From positions 51,088,001 through 51,152,000 of the forward strand of contig OX597832.1 of the NCBI GenBank assembly GCA_951406725.2: a stretch of 64,000 nucleotides of DNA, written 5' to 3'. The notes beneath the pieces were generated by a model, which was not told the origin of the DNA, did no database searches, and worked only from the letters and a program-made list of their open reading frames with translations. Every line of letters begins with the position of its first letter. The first letter of the stretch is position 1. This document shows, one piece after another, positions 22,379 to 36,330 of the stretch. Source of the stretch: Octopus vulgaris (taxonomy: Eukaryota). A program made the position numbers and the translations under genes.

Positions 22379-25300
22379 CTGCACAAACAATTAATAAAAA
22401 AGTTCAGCAATCACATTTAATTCAATTAATTCTCCTTTATACAGTGAACAAGTGAACACTGATGCATATGAAAATATGGAAAATGCAGAAGTTCTTAGCA
22501 ATCACTTCATCATCATCATCATCAACATTTAATGTCTATTTTCCATGCTGGCATGGGTTGGGCAGCCTGACAGGAACTGGCAAGGCCAGGGACTGCACCA
22601 AGTTCCATACTTTGTTTTGGTATGGTTTCTAGGACTGAATGCCCTTCCTAATGCCAACCACTCCACAGAGTTTTCTGGGTGCTTTTTATATGGCACCATC
22701 ACCATTACTTTTTACGTGGCTTCAGCAGCAAAACTTTTCGTGTGATACCAACATTCACACCAATGCTTTTTAGTTGGTACCTTGGATTATACGATTCCAA
22801 TTTTGTTGTGGTGGGCAGGTCTCCTCAAGTATTTCAGCCAGTCTAAACACCTTAACAATATCTAATTCAGTAGCTAAAGGGGCAAGCAGGCAGAATCATA
22901 AGCACACCAGGCAAAATACTTAGCGGCATTTTATATGTCTTTATATTTTTAGTTCAAATTCTGCCGGGGTCAACTTTGCCTTTCATCCTAGCTGAATGAA
23001 GTAACAGTTGAGCTCTGGAGTCAAGGTAATCGACATAACCCCACTCTTGAAACTACTGGCCTTGTACCAAATTTTGAAACCAAATATCTAATTCAATATC
23101 TTACAGCAATCAGTTAAAATCTTAATTCGGTCAATCTGTAGATCAGTGAGTGTATATGCATGAATGTGCCTGCATGCATGTGTGTGAGTCTGCTTACACA
23201 TGTGCACACATACATGTCATTATCATAGTCTTAGTGCCCATTATTCTACACATTGCATGCAGACGGAATTCACTGATGCAAATTTTCTACAGCTGGTTGT
23301 CCTTCCTGTTACCAACCTACACTTGTTTCCAAATGAAGTAAAATTGCACCCATGGCCAGACACATTTTTCACAAAAGACATGGCTTATATGATGGCAATC
23401 GTCATCATCATCATCAATTAACATTTTCTTTCCATGCTGGCATGGGTTGGATGGCTTGACATGGAGCTGACAAGACTCCAACTGTCTGTTGTGGCATGGT
23501 TTTTACAGCTGGATGCCCTTCCTAATGCCAACCACTTAACAGTGTGCTGGGTGCTTTTTACATGTCACTGGCTGTCCTCATTTACAATTATTGTATGATG
23601 TGAAGATGAGGACACACATACACACACAAAACAGACTTCTTCAAGTTGCTAACAGATCCACTTACGAGACTTTTGCTGGCTCAGGTCTATAGAAGACACT
23701 TGCCCAACCACATAGCCATGCCTGTACACACGTGTGTACTGTTACATATTTATATATTCTCCATATGCATACTATGTTTCTTGTCATCATTGATTATATT
23801 TTTGTACCAAAGTAGATTGAATAAGTACCAGGAATGTACCAGAATCAATGCAATTTGGTTTCCAGTATAAGAAACCAATATATCAGGGGTCACTTAGCTT
23901 AATCATATAGAGCGATTAGATGGAATCTGAGAGGTACAGGGTTCGATTTTCTGTAGCCGATTGCTGGCCACTTTTGCTGGCAGAAATGTTACAATGCTTA
24001 GGAGCATTTCTTCAGACTTAACATTCTGAGTTCAAATGCTGCTGCAATCAACTCTGCCTTTCATCTTTTCCAGGTTGATAAAGTAAAGTTGAGCACTGGG
24101 GTCAATAAAATTAACTTACCCCTTCCCTTGAAACTAGTGGCCTTGTGCCAAAATTTGAAACCAATATAAGAAATAAATGTAGTTGGGTCAAGTGGCTGTG
24201 TTCAATTTATTACATAAAGAATGACAAATGCCTAACAATGTAAAATCAATATTTGTTGTTTGATAAATATTAGTGATAATACAGTATTTATACATCTAAG
24301 GAACATGGAAGAAAACAGATTTGGCTTGTCAAGGACACATACAAAAGATCTGAATCAACAATTCTTTATGCTACATTGTAAAACCGCAATTTTCTTTTTT
24401 TTCTTTAATTTTAAAAACTTTCAGAATAATAAGTTTACTAGCAGAAGCTGGTGCTTGGCATTTTCAATGTCTTCTGGTAGAAGTACAAAATGTTTTGCCC
24501 TACAAGCTATAACTACTGTTAATGGAGGGAATTAGGAAGGAATTAAATGGAATTGCCAAGGTTTCAACAGCTCCAATCTTTGGCAAACACAAATGTTTAA
24601 AAAGTAATTATTTCTAAACTGATCATGGTGGAAATAGATGAACCTGTCCATCGATGAACCTGGTAGCCCAGTTGATTGAACAATTGAACACTTATAGTTG
24701 GGAAACCACCCCACCCTAAGATCAGATAATACTTGAAGGTGCTGTCAACTAGCATGGGGTCTTATATTTTCCTCTTTCTCGTATGACCCACTAAAAAAAC
24801 CAAAAAAAAAAAAACGCTTACAACAAAGCAGAGATGTTGCTCGGCTACATAAATGCAGCAAAGCCAAAATAAAGTTGGCACAATCTGCATTAAAGACCCT
24901 ACTTCAATTAGGAAAAATTAATGAAATAGGTCATCCTTCAATCAAGTTTAGCATCAGACTACATTCAACTGGTTGTCTGACCTATTTTCGTATGTCCAAA
25001 GATTATCATCAACATTTAATATTCGTTTTCCATGCTGGAACGAGCTGGATGGCTTGACAAGAACTGGCTGGGCCAGGGACCGCACCAAGTTCCATAGTCT
25101 ATGGTTTCTAGGGCTGGATGCCCTTCCTAATGCCAACTACTCCACTGAGAATACTGGGTGTTTTTACATTGCACCAGCACCCACACCAATGCTTTTTATG
25201 TGGCACCTTAGTTTTAGAATCTCAATTCTGTTGTGGTGAGCAGGTCTTCTTAAATACAGCAATGCGCCACATATCTTGATCCTTTGTCATCTCCTTTGTA

Positions 25301-25989
25301 AGGGTCAGCCTTTTGAAGGAGATGACAAAGAATAGAGATGTATAGCAATTGCTGTTGGTAGCTAATTCTAAAGTAAACTATGCTGGTGTGAGATGACTAC
25401 AGTTTCTTTGGATTTATTGTTTGGAATGTGCGGCACTAGAAAAGCAATTAATATTGTAGCTTATTGATGAGATTTTCTTTTTTGTTTTATCTCCAGCTCA
25501 AATTATTTTAGGCTAGTATTTTACGTCAAGTTACTTCAGTGAGCGGTTGTTGTGTTTAATGTTACAGTAAACTATTCTGATAAAGAAGCTAAATTTTTCT
25601 CACCAAAGTAATCCAAACTTTAAATTCTGATATTAAATCTTGAAACCCAGGAGAACATGCCTAAACTTATAGGATTAGCAATGAAAAGATCAATAATTCT
25701 TCTAAACCAAACAATTAGTAATCAATTCTAGTCAAGACATCTAACCCTCCAAATTAAAATGAAATATTTTTTAAAAAATTAACCATGTATATAATGGTGA
25801 AGACTATCAGTGAATGACAAAGTAGCTGTTCTTACACCAAAAGTTTTTTTTAGACAAGGAATGCCGTTTCATGCACAGTAAAAATAACCTCAACTGCAAA
25901 ACACTTTCAATTGAGGTTATCCTTTATCATGGACTCATAGTAATGTGTTCTGCTAAAAGGAAATAGAATTCAAGATTCTGTTGTTATTT

Positions 25990-26345
25990 CTGATTCATAA
26001 CACCCGTCTAACACCTGTGGACATGTTTACAAAGTCAGAAAACAGCACAGCTCCCATGACTTTAGGAAACATTTTTTCACGCTAAAAGTTGCTGAAGCAT
26101 GGAACAGACTGCTGGCATCAGTTGTTAGTTGTCGGAGAACTGCATCCTTCAAAACTTCCATGCTTCCTGAGATTCGCCAACACTACACCTGATTTTCTCC
26201 CCTCCATACACACACAAGCATGTCTCTGACTCATACATTGTTCACTTTCCAGACATTTGTACATTACTGCATATATTTTATACGCACTTTCTGACAAGTT
26301 GTGGTGCACCTGAGCACTGTATACAATAATTTCATTATCATTATA
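25990..26345 (+). mobile_element. CR1-group LINE 3' fragment
   Basis: Translates '...GHVYKVRKQHSSHDFRKHFFTLKVAEAWNRLLASVVSCRRTASFK', the CR1 ORF2 C-terminal pattern. (ATT)n-like tail. Confidence 0.8.
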
Positions 26346-26535
26346 ATGTATAATAGTATTTATATAAAGCTGGTGATGACAATTAATCTACTGCAAATTC
26401 ATTGTAATAAAATTTAAAGGATAATGGTGACAATCATTGATAATCACCTAGTGAGATCATTAATAATTGAAAAAAATTTTTTTATTAAGAGATTGTTGAG
26501 AAAACAAAGAGAAATGGCTGAGAATAACTTCGTAC

Positions 26536-26708
26536 CCGAACTGAATGTTCCCCAGAAAGCATATGCCTGTGAATCTTCTTTTCAATAGTCAAGTTTTCTC
26601 GTTGTTCTTCAGGAGGAGCTGGGAGGTTACTTAAAGCACGCTGAAGCTCCTGTCGCTTCCTCACCAGGGTGAGTTCTTCCTTAAAGTCAAGATTTTTCAA
26701 GCTATCAT
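26536..26708 (-). CDS. ZC3H13: ZC3H13-like exon, coiled coil (DDSLKNLDFKEELTLVRKRQELQRALS...)
   Basis: Resembles ZC3H13 'DYVHELSLEMKRQKIQREL' (from memory). Acceptor atttcag, donor CGG|gtacga, phase 1 to 0. Confidence 0.88.
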
Positions 26709-29700
26709 CTGAAATAATGTTAAAAAAAAAATTATATAATGTTCGTCTGAAATATTAAAAAATAGAAAGAAATGAATGTGAAGAATAACACATGCACTGA
26801 AAAAAAAAAATCCCCCATCAAAATTGTTTAACTTCAGAGAGCATGAATTCAAAGAATTAAATTTTTTTAAAAAAAATAATTCTTTAGTTTACAACTAAAG
26901 GGAGTTAATTAACAGCCGGACGAATAGAAGGGAGATAATTGCAATTTGAAACTAACTCAAAGATAGTGAAAGTGACTATATATACACACATTCACAAACA
27001 CAATATATTTACCCCTTTCAATATATTTAAATTAGTTATTCATTTCATTTTGTACAGGAATGTTTATTTTATAAAATTCAATGAGTTATAAAAACAGATT
27101 CAAAGAAATGGATTATAATATATTTAGTTTTCAATTCAAGATTATGCATAAAAACAGGAAAAGAAATAATACCACAAATTTTATTTAGCCGAGCAAAGAG
27201 GTTACTGAAATAGTAAGATATTATGTTTTGACGTAGCAACTTGTGGAATTGAGAAAGAAAATACCCTAAAATAATTTCACTATGTCAACAGTTAATTTCT
27301 AAGTGTGAAGATTTCCCGTTCCATGCCAACAAAGGAACCTCTATGTACTGCCTCGACCTGCTAGAAATAGAAACATCTCCCTTGCAATACTTCCTACTGG
27401 CTTACAAAAGAAAAGAAAAGAAAAGAAAAAGATAATGTTTCATAGATAAACCGAAAGAAAAATGGAATGACCACAATCTCTTCATGACATGACACAGCCA
27501 GAGTTTTCTGACAAATCACACCTAACCAGGTCTCTGCCTGTGTTCTTAAAATTATTTTAGACCATTTTATTTTGGGTGCATTTTTGCAAGTATAAAGGTA
27601 AGCTATTGTAAAGGTGAGTCCATGGAATTGCTTTAATATTTGGCTGTACTGATTTTATTTCGTTTGCATCAGTAATATTTTTGGAAAGACATACCCCAAC
27701 TCCCACTCTCTCCACTGATGCATTCTGCTAATTATAAAAAGTCAAAAGGAAAATAACAGGTGTGTCTGTAAAAACATGGACATATGAATAAATAGAAGCA
27801 ATGTATAGTTTTCTGCGAATGTCATGGTATCCAACATTACATCAAAAAAAAGTTGGACTTTTCTAGGATTTCCAGAAACTACATTTGATATTGGGACTCT
27901 ACTGATAATTGGTTCCTTCAGGTATGAAACATCAGTGCCTCAGAGAAATAACAAAACACAGGTCTAAAAAGGTTGGATGATTTTTTAAACAAGATAGAGG
28001 GGAAAAAATAACCCTTCATTGCTAAATATGTATAGAGTCAATGTAAGCTGATTAGCATTCTTATCTGAAACATTAAACTTCGAATGCTGTTGTTTGTAGC
28101 ACCAGACATTACGGCTTGATCAAAGCTACAAAGAAACAGCTTAATTTTTAAGAAATAAATAGGGAAAAAAAAAGCTTTTAAATCCATGTGTTTTTCGGTT
28201 TTACAATCTAATCATAAGCTATAGACATAATGCCATAAAATAAAAGACTGAATACATGTAGACTTTTAAAAATTTTTTTGAAGATGCTAAGAAATTTGCA
28301 AAGGAAATTTAGTTGTAACATGAAGTAGATCCAGTGAACACATTGAAGCTCCTTTCCTAGCTTACACAAAGAATATTTATAGTGGGGGAAAACAGAATAT
28401 TATTTTTAAAAAAGTGTGGTGAATAAACATTGTATTATCATATTTTTGTTGAAATACACTGCCATTTCTTCAATTAATTTTTAAAATAATAAAGGATTTT
28501 GGAAAATAACTCTACCATTGTTAAGGTGGTTTTGAACAAATTAAAATTAACATTTTGAAGGGTGGTTTTCATTTAGATCACTATGAAAACAGGAAATTTG
28601 TATCAGAACAGATACAGTATGAGGCAGGTTGGTATGAAAACAGTTAAAACAGAAAATATTATTGTGCCATAACAGTACATAAGCTTTTTTGAATAATGTT
28701 AAAACTAAAAAGCAAACTAATTAGAAATATAGCTGAAGTGTACTATTGGTATATACTGAATATATTCCTGGGGGTTATAGTATCAGATTACTAGTAGAGA
28801 GACTGATTTCAATATTTGGCTAGAGGACCTAAATTTAGATGGTTTATTAGTTGCTAATAATATCACTAAAACTGAGCAAGCCCCAACAAAAATGTGTGTG
28901 ATAGGCAATCACAAAAAGTTAGCAAAGCATACAAACTGTAATATTGTAGAAACACTGTCTTGTTTATTTTACTGATTAACTATGGAGTTACAGAATTAAT
29001 GAGTGAGCCTCTACACAGTAGCTTGACCTGCTACAAATAGCAGCCAAATTTACCTTAAATCACAAATTTTTTAACATCAAACCCATCTGAAACTGCCTCT
29101 AGTTCTATGGTACGAACTTCCTGCCTTAAAGCACTCTAAATTAAAACCTTCCATGAAAATTACATTAGTTTATGTTTGGAACAGCAGCTCAATAATAAAT
29201 GTAATTATTTTCAAAATTAAATGAAACAATATCAGTGTATTTAAATAGAAATATAATAAAATAGGTAAAAAATTTTTTTTTTTTAAAAAGGGGATAAGAC
29301 ACATTAGATGAGATTGTCCCAGATACAATATGGCTGAAAACAAATAAGAAAAAAGAAAAGAAACAAAAAAGACAAGATGGACATGACTAGGTGACTTTTT
29401 AAACAATTCAGTCCAATCAGTGCTGAACTAAGGACCAACTAACCAACATGGGTGAGTTAGTTATGTAGAGGTGAGAATTAGACTGTCTACTTTATTTGTA
29501 TTCTTAGTGATTATTTTGTCTTTTTTTTTTTTTTTAGAAGGTACTATAAATCTTCCACTTTTTTAAACATGAATCCTTGTATCTGGAATTTACATCCAAT
29601 GTTCAATGCTATCAGAATAGAAGTATCTTTACACAATTTGAACATCTATGTATGTATAGTTGAAGTACAGTGCTATATGTTTTTTTTTAAAATGTAAAAA

Positions 29701-32370
29701 TTTGGGGCCACTAGGACACCTCATCACCACTATGTATCTCTTTGAAACACCTACTGATCATTCTCACCCTTGCTTCTAAATGTGAGTAGCCATGCAGCTC
29801 TCCTATACAGCAAGGACATACTATGCCTACCACAAAACCAACCCCTCTCCTAAGTTCATAGTCTTACAAGCAACATAGCAACCTCATTAGTGTCAGTAGC
29901 ATGAAAATAGCACCCAGTACACTCTGTAAAGTGGTAACTGTTGGGAAGGGTATAGAAACCAAGTTGAAGCAGTGTGGTCTTTAGACTCATCAAATCTTGC
30001 CAAACTGTCCAATCCATGCCAGGATGGAACATGGATGTTAAATAACGATGAGGGTAAAAACTACTTTCAATACTAAAGCTTCAAAATATATATATTTATT
30101 ATTCTCTTAATACATAAAACAATTGGATGACACACTTGACCTCAATCAAACATGAAAAGCAAAAGCTACTAATTTTTAGTAATGTCAAGAAGTGACATTA
30201 CTAGAGTGGCTCCATCTGAAGCTGACCTGATGAACAGTGTCTGTAGACAAGAACCATAACCCTACAGACAGAAACTGACAAGAAATATTTCCTAAATGTA
30301 ATTTTCAAAAATATAAATACAGGATAAAATGAAAATTAAAATCAAAACTTCAATTCTATAATGAGAATCTATTATAACTGGCATGTTGGAAGAGTTCTTA
30401 GAACATTGGGTAATGTAGACTCCGGCTCTCTGCACTCGGAGTTCAAATCCAACAGAGGTCAACTTTGCTTTTTAACTTCTTGGGAGTTAACAAATAAGGT
30501 ACAAGTAAGGTCAATTCTTCTCTTTCCCTCTGTAACAAATTAGGTGTATCCAAACCTAGAGAAGGATAGATCGAAAGATATGCTCTACATCATGATGGCA
30601 TATCTACAATTCTATGAGAAGTTAAGGAATCAACTCTACAACATGAGAATCTATTCTTGTAAAAATAAAAAAGAAGATAGCAGCAAATTTCCATGAGATA
30701 ATTTACTGCAAGCAAGACCAGAAATCTGTAGCTGTAGCAGAAAATTAAATATATAATGTAATATAATCTTTTATGTTGTTGCTTAGCCCAAGGTCAGCCC
30801 TGAATGAGAAAAACAGATCATCAGTAGCATTTCAACATGAACAGTCCCTTATTATTTTTTAAAGATTACTTAGAATGGCATTATCCAATATGTCTTTTTC
30901 TTTTCCAACTGAGGGAGATTTACCTGTTTTTCTTTTTTTTTTTCTAGCAGATAAAGCAACCTTCATAGCGGATCCTACATCATAGAAAGGTTTTAGCAGG
31001 GGAGCATAAATTGAAAATTAGACAGCTTTACAATAATAACAAAGAGATTACATGAGTGATTCCTTATAAGAGATGAAGAACACAAAATGTTTTAAATGTC
31101 AATGTTCTAGATAAAGATAATGTGGAATATTAAAACCAGCCCAGGATGTCGTCTCAGAAATGATAAGGAGTGGGGAGAGTGATAAGGAGTGAAGGTGCAA
31201 GAGGTCGGAGGGTAAAAATTGTTAACACAAGCAATTACTCAATAGGAAATATATATAAGAGAAGTGGGGGGACCAATCACCAGCTGACCTAATAAAAAAA
31301 AATTACCATAATTAGGAAAGTTATAGGATATACTAGAATAAGTGATGAGGAGCTCAAAGCACAAAAGGAAATTGTAGCAATGGAAATAGTTGTTTCCAAC
31401 ACTAGGTCCAGTCATTATTGTAGTATGATAGCTTGTGTGCCCCAATGGCCCCAAGAGCTGTGTAAGATCCTGGTAGGGCCACTCATTTTAGACAGGTGTA
31501 ACAACAGGGGCCAGAATAATATGGACCATCTCTTCTCAGAAGTAAAAATGGGCTTGTGTAGGGACCAACACCTCTACCGAGAAAGAAAGCAAAAGTTACA
31601 GAAGTATTGATGACAATTCAAAACCAACAAGATCTAGAAGAGGAAGGCCTTCCCTCGGGGAAACACGCCTGAAACACAAGTGAGGACAGAGCCCACAAGG
31701 GAGGCAGAAGAGACAGAAAAAGCAAGGATCCAACTAGAGAAAAGCAGAATAGATACCTCAGAGTTGAGAACAGTGGAAAAAAGGTCACTGATGGCTCATG
31801 CACAATAGGGAGTAAAGGACTTAAGTAGGTAGTTAGTAGCAGTTTAAGTAATTATATTATGTGGATCGGTGTTACATTTAATGAATGGCAGATTAGCACC
31901 ATCATGAAAGAATTTGCATTAGGTTGACTGAGATATGAAGTCTGAGCTCATCTAATCAATCCAATTGTCATTCACTAGTAGATGGTTTTGTCACTACTGA
32001 ACAACAGTGAATGGCTTCTTTTTTTTTTTTCTCTCTAACTCTTGGTTTCCAGTTAGAATCTTTGATCTTATATAATAAATACATTGGACAGAACAACAGA
32101 AAATTATAAATTATATTCTGAACATCTTATTCTTACATATCATTAACTATTGTATGACAGCATGTGTGCAGTGGTTGGAAGTTGGACTGAGACATGACAG
32201 ATTTAGCTTATTATGTTTACTTGGCTCTGCAACGTCACCAACAATCAAAACCATTAGAGTTGAGATAACTATAGTAAAGTTAGTGCTGATAAACAGATAA
32301 TTTCAAACTCAATCACAAAGAAAGCATACATCTGGAAAGACAACTGCAAGTCCATTTTCTTGATAGAGAA

Positions 32371-32456
32371 ATCAACAAGCCATCTTCGTATGATCAACAA
32401 GCCATCTTCGTATAATTAACAAGCCATCTTCATATAATCAACAAGCCAGCTTCATT
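32371..32456. repeat. 22-bp minisatellite, about 4 copies
   Basis: atcaacaagccatcttcgtat(g/a) repeated. Confidence 0.88.
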
Positions 32457-33404
32457 TATGACTAATAGTAATTATATTTCATATGATTACATTAGTCATG
32501 TATGAAGGGAGTTATAATTATTCGTTTTGATACCAACAAGCCTTAGATAGGTCCTGATTTTATGATTCTAACTTTCTCTTAAAATTATTTAAATTAAAAC
32601 CCTCCACCAAAATTTTGTGATAATTTATGTTCCAAACATTAGCTTAATGCTAACAAAGTTATTTTATTAAATTCTTTGTAATTTTCAAAAGTAACAGAAA
32701 CAACAGAAATATAGAAATAAAAATGTCAAGGTCAGGACTAGTATAAGTTTTGAAGTTCAAATAACTTTTCATCAATGCTTTCATGCCAGCAACTTGTTTT
32801 ATGAACAAAGTTGAGTTCTGAATAAAACCACCTTCCCTACTTCTGTTGTAGTCACAACCTGAATCTATAGACAAACAGATATAGAGAATGGAGAGAATAC
32901 ACGTCCAAACTGACCAAGTGTACTTAATATGATTAATTATTGCATGTTGAGTATACAGTATGGTTCACAGTCGGGCAAAAGCTGAGTATATCTGGAACAA
33001 CAGATATGTGGTTGCGCATAGTTATTTGGTCAACTATGTGTAATGGGTTTGTCAATCACAGCTGACCTGGGGGTCACATAGAACTTATGAAAGAATTCCA
33101 TACAAAATGAGATGTGGCCCTCTCACCTATCAAGGAGGGCAGTAGCACAAAATAAGAACTTGTTACAGATAGTGACAACCCATGCTAGCATTGGAAAGCA
33201 TAAAATGATAATGCAGACTGAGTGTTCACAGATGACTTGATTCGTATTCTAGTAATTCCAGAAGTTTGAAATTATATGAAAAACCAAAACTAAGTAAATG
33301 ATTTGTAGCAATAAGAAGCCTTGTTGTATTTGATAGGGAATGTAGAAAGAAAAGGAACATAAACAAAGTATAGGATTCAATAAAAAGTGTATCACAGACT
33401 AAAC

Positions 33405-33508
33405 AAAATGTACCATTCTTTTGATTCACTACACATAACAGATACATTCTATTTCTTAGATTACCTAATAGCAATAACAGAATCTAATGTTTAAGATAAA
33501 TAAAGGAG
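33405..33508 (+). repeat. About 104-bp direct duplication (partner 36113-36216)
   Basis: aaaatgtaccattctttttgattcactacac...aagataaataaaggag is present twice, 2.7 kb apart, with few mismatches. Confidence 0.85.
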
Positions 33509-34689
33509 TGAAATTTAGAGGACTATAGGCTTAACTGGGAACATATAAATTCTGTCTCCACCCAAGCTCAACTAAATGATACATAAGCTAATGAATGAGC
33601 CTCTACATGGTTGCTAAACCTCCTAGAAATAGGAACTGAATCTCTCTCAAACCACACCCAACTGTTTTTAAAAAGCTCTAAAACCACTGTGCTTGAAAAG
33701 AGAAAAGATGATCCCTTTGATCATGGGTATTTTTGCTCAGGCCTTCAACTAAAGAACAAAATCATCATCAATTATACGACACGTGTCAGATACTGAACGG
33801 TTGTTAATCATAGAATTGTTAGGACAAAATATTATTTGGAGAGAAAGAGTTCAGTATGAGACATTATATGGTAAGAGGTCATGAGTGAGTAAAGAAAAAG
33901 ATTGATTGTTAAGGGATGACAACAGCAGTATGGATGAGAGAGAGTAAAAAAGAGAGAAATGAGACGATTTCACTGATATGAACATGTAATGCTAACGGGT
34001 GATATGTTATATGACAAAAATATAGCAACATGGTAAAAGGGATAACATGGTATAAGACTAAGTTAAGGATGATATATAAGGAGAAACTTTAGCCTTCAGA
34101 TGAAATGACATGAGCTTAAGCTACAGACAGGATAATCTTTATTTGTAAAGACATTGAATAGATAATCTTTACTAGATTAATCAAATGCATGCATTTGAGT
34201 GACAGGCTCCCTCTAAAGAAGAATATAAAGAAGTTTATGGCTGATACTTAAATTTGTAACCTGTATCAATCAGTACCTTTCAATATAATTCCCTAGTCTA
34301 CCATTTTATCCCTAAAGATTGGTATTTTGCAGCTAGATAACCTAAAGCAAGTAGAATTGTCCTATCCAGTAAAGGACTAGTTATCTAATATTTATGATCC
34401 TTAATCATTTTGATTACACACACACACACACACACATATCAGAATATAAAATTTAAAACTAAAAGTAGCTAAGGTGACAAGTTTCAACAAAAGTATTTAA
34501 AATTTTAAAATAGACGAGGAGGTATTTACACATTTCATCATGAGATTTCGCTTTGGAACTAGCAGAAGTGAACAATTTCATTTTTCTTTTTTGTTCTTTT
34601 TCAAAGACACAATAATGGTAAATAATGCCAAATGGTCTACAATTTAACATGAATAATTTTACTGAAAATGCTGCTTAAGCAATACAGAT

Positions 34690-34911
34690 TTAACCCTTTA
34701 GCATTCAGATTATTCTGTAAAATGGTAAAGCTTGTGTATTCACACCATGTAAAATTAATCTTGCATTATTTCATGGCTTTGAGATTTCAATGATGTGACT
34801 GTTTATTTTTAAGATGACACAATAAGATAGCTATGAATGACCATATATGACTAGTTTGAACAGGTAGAATATTTTGGCTGGATATGGCCGGTTTAAACAC
34901 TAAAGGGTTAA
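34690..34911. mobile_element. TTAA-CCC MITE
   Basis: ttaaccctttagcattc ... aacactaaagggttaa. Confidence 0.75.
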
Positions 34912-36238
34912 AGGTAATAAATAAACATAACTACTGCCTAATTTAGAAACTGACTGAGGGAGAGAGATATAGACCTCCCTAGAAGCTTCTTGGTACACAT
35001 GCACACACACACTCAGAAGCACTCACACCACTCAAATGCCTAATATTTTATTAAATATTGATAATTACATTTAAAGAGTGACACTTCAAATGGATTTAAA
35101 TTAATAATAGTGAAAATAAAGATGGAAAAAAAATAATAATTACAAAACAAAAACAAACAAAAATAACAGAAAATGATAATTGTTTTCTGAACTGTACTCT
35201 GCTTACAACTCTCACACATCTCATGCGCAAACACACATACATACACACACACACACATATGCACAAATAACAGTTTGCAAAGGTAAAAATCAATAATGAT
35301 TCTGGCTGTGGCAGGAGAAGATGAAGACTGAAACCTGCAAAGAATTCAGATATATTCACCAAAACAGTAAAGTATGCTTCAATGTAAATATGAAAAGAGT
35401 CTTCAATCTATTCAAACTCATCCAGAATTTGTTTGTATTACTTAACGGAATTTTTTTTTTTTTTTTTTTTTGGCATTTTAGTTTTTTTCCCCACCCATAA
35501 AATGAAATGCATAATTGAGGACAGTGTTGAACATGAGGTGTACAAGTAACACGATAATTTAAAATAAAGGGGAAAAGAAATAAAATAAAACAACTTTATT
35601 GGCAAAGATTTCAGCAATAAGGATCAATCAATCTCACCAAGAAAAAAAAATAATAAATCGGGGAAAACAGAAACAAAAGAAAAAAAGCAACTTGTTTGTT
35701 TGAAAAAAAAAAAAAATGAGAAAAAAAAGAAAGAAAAGACATAATAAGCAAAACAGCAATCTCTTGATCCAATTTCCTGAAAAATCAAAATTCAATTGTT
35801 TGGTCTTGTTTCATTAAATTGCTTATCTTTGCAGACAGTATGTGAATATTACTGGTCTAATTAGCTTAAATAGCAAGTAAATTGGAAAAATGGCTGAAGT
35901 GTAAAACTTACTGAAATTTTCGTAATGTTTAAAAGCTTGAGAATTCTTTTACTTAATTTACTCTTCTAAAGATCATCCCTTCAATGACTATATATATATA
36001 TATATATATATATAAATTAAATATCTATTTGGACTATTAGTATGTCGATTAAAGCACATTCACCATTTGGGCTACCTGATGCCATCAACAGTTACGATAT
36101 AATTTTCACAGGAAAATGTACCATTCTTTTGATTCACTACACGTAACAGATACATTCAATTTCTAAGGTTACCTAATAGCAATAACAGAATCTAATGTCT
36201 AAGATAAATAAAGGAGAAATCCGCAGTGTTTGTTGAGA

Positions 36239-36330
36239 TTATAATTGATGAAGGAAACAGAAGATGGATTTAGTACGAATCTTTAAAGATTCGTACTAAA
36301 TTCATCTTTCATTTCTTTCATCAATTATAA
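36239..36330. repeat. 92-bp loop-less near-perfect palindrome
   Basis: ttataattgatg...tagtacgaatcttt|aaagattcgtacta...catcaattataa. Confidence 0.9.

Noticed and set aside
31140-31830. Purine-rich, more GC-rich stretch that may be an old non-LTR retroelement fragment (LDLVL-like remnant on minus)
   Set aside because: Too decayed to support a call without a search.
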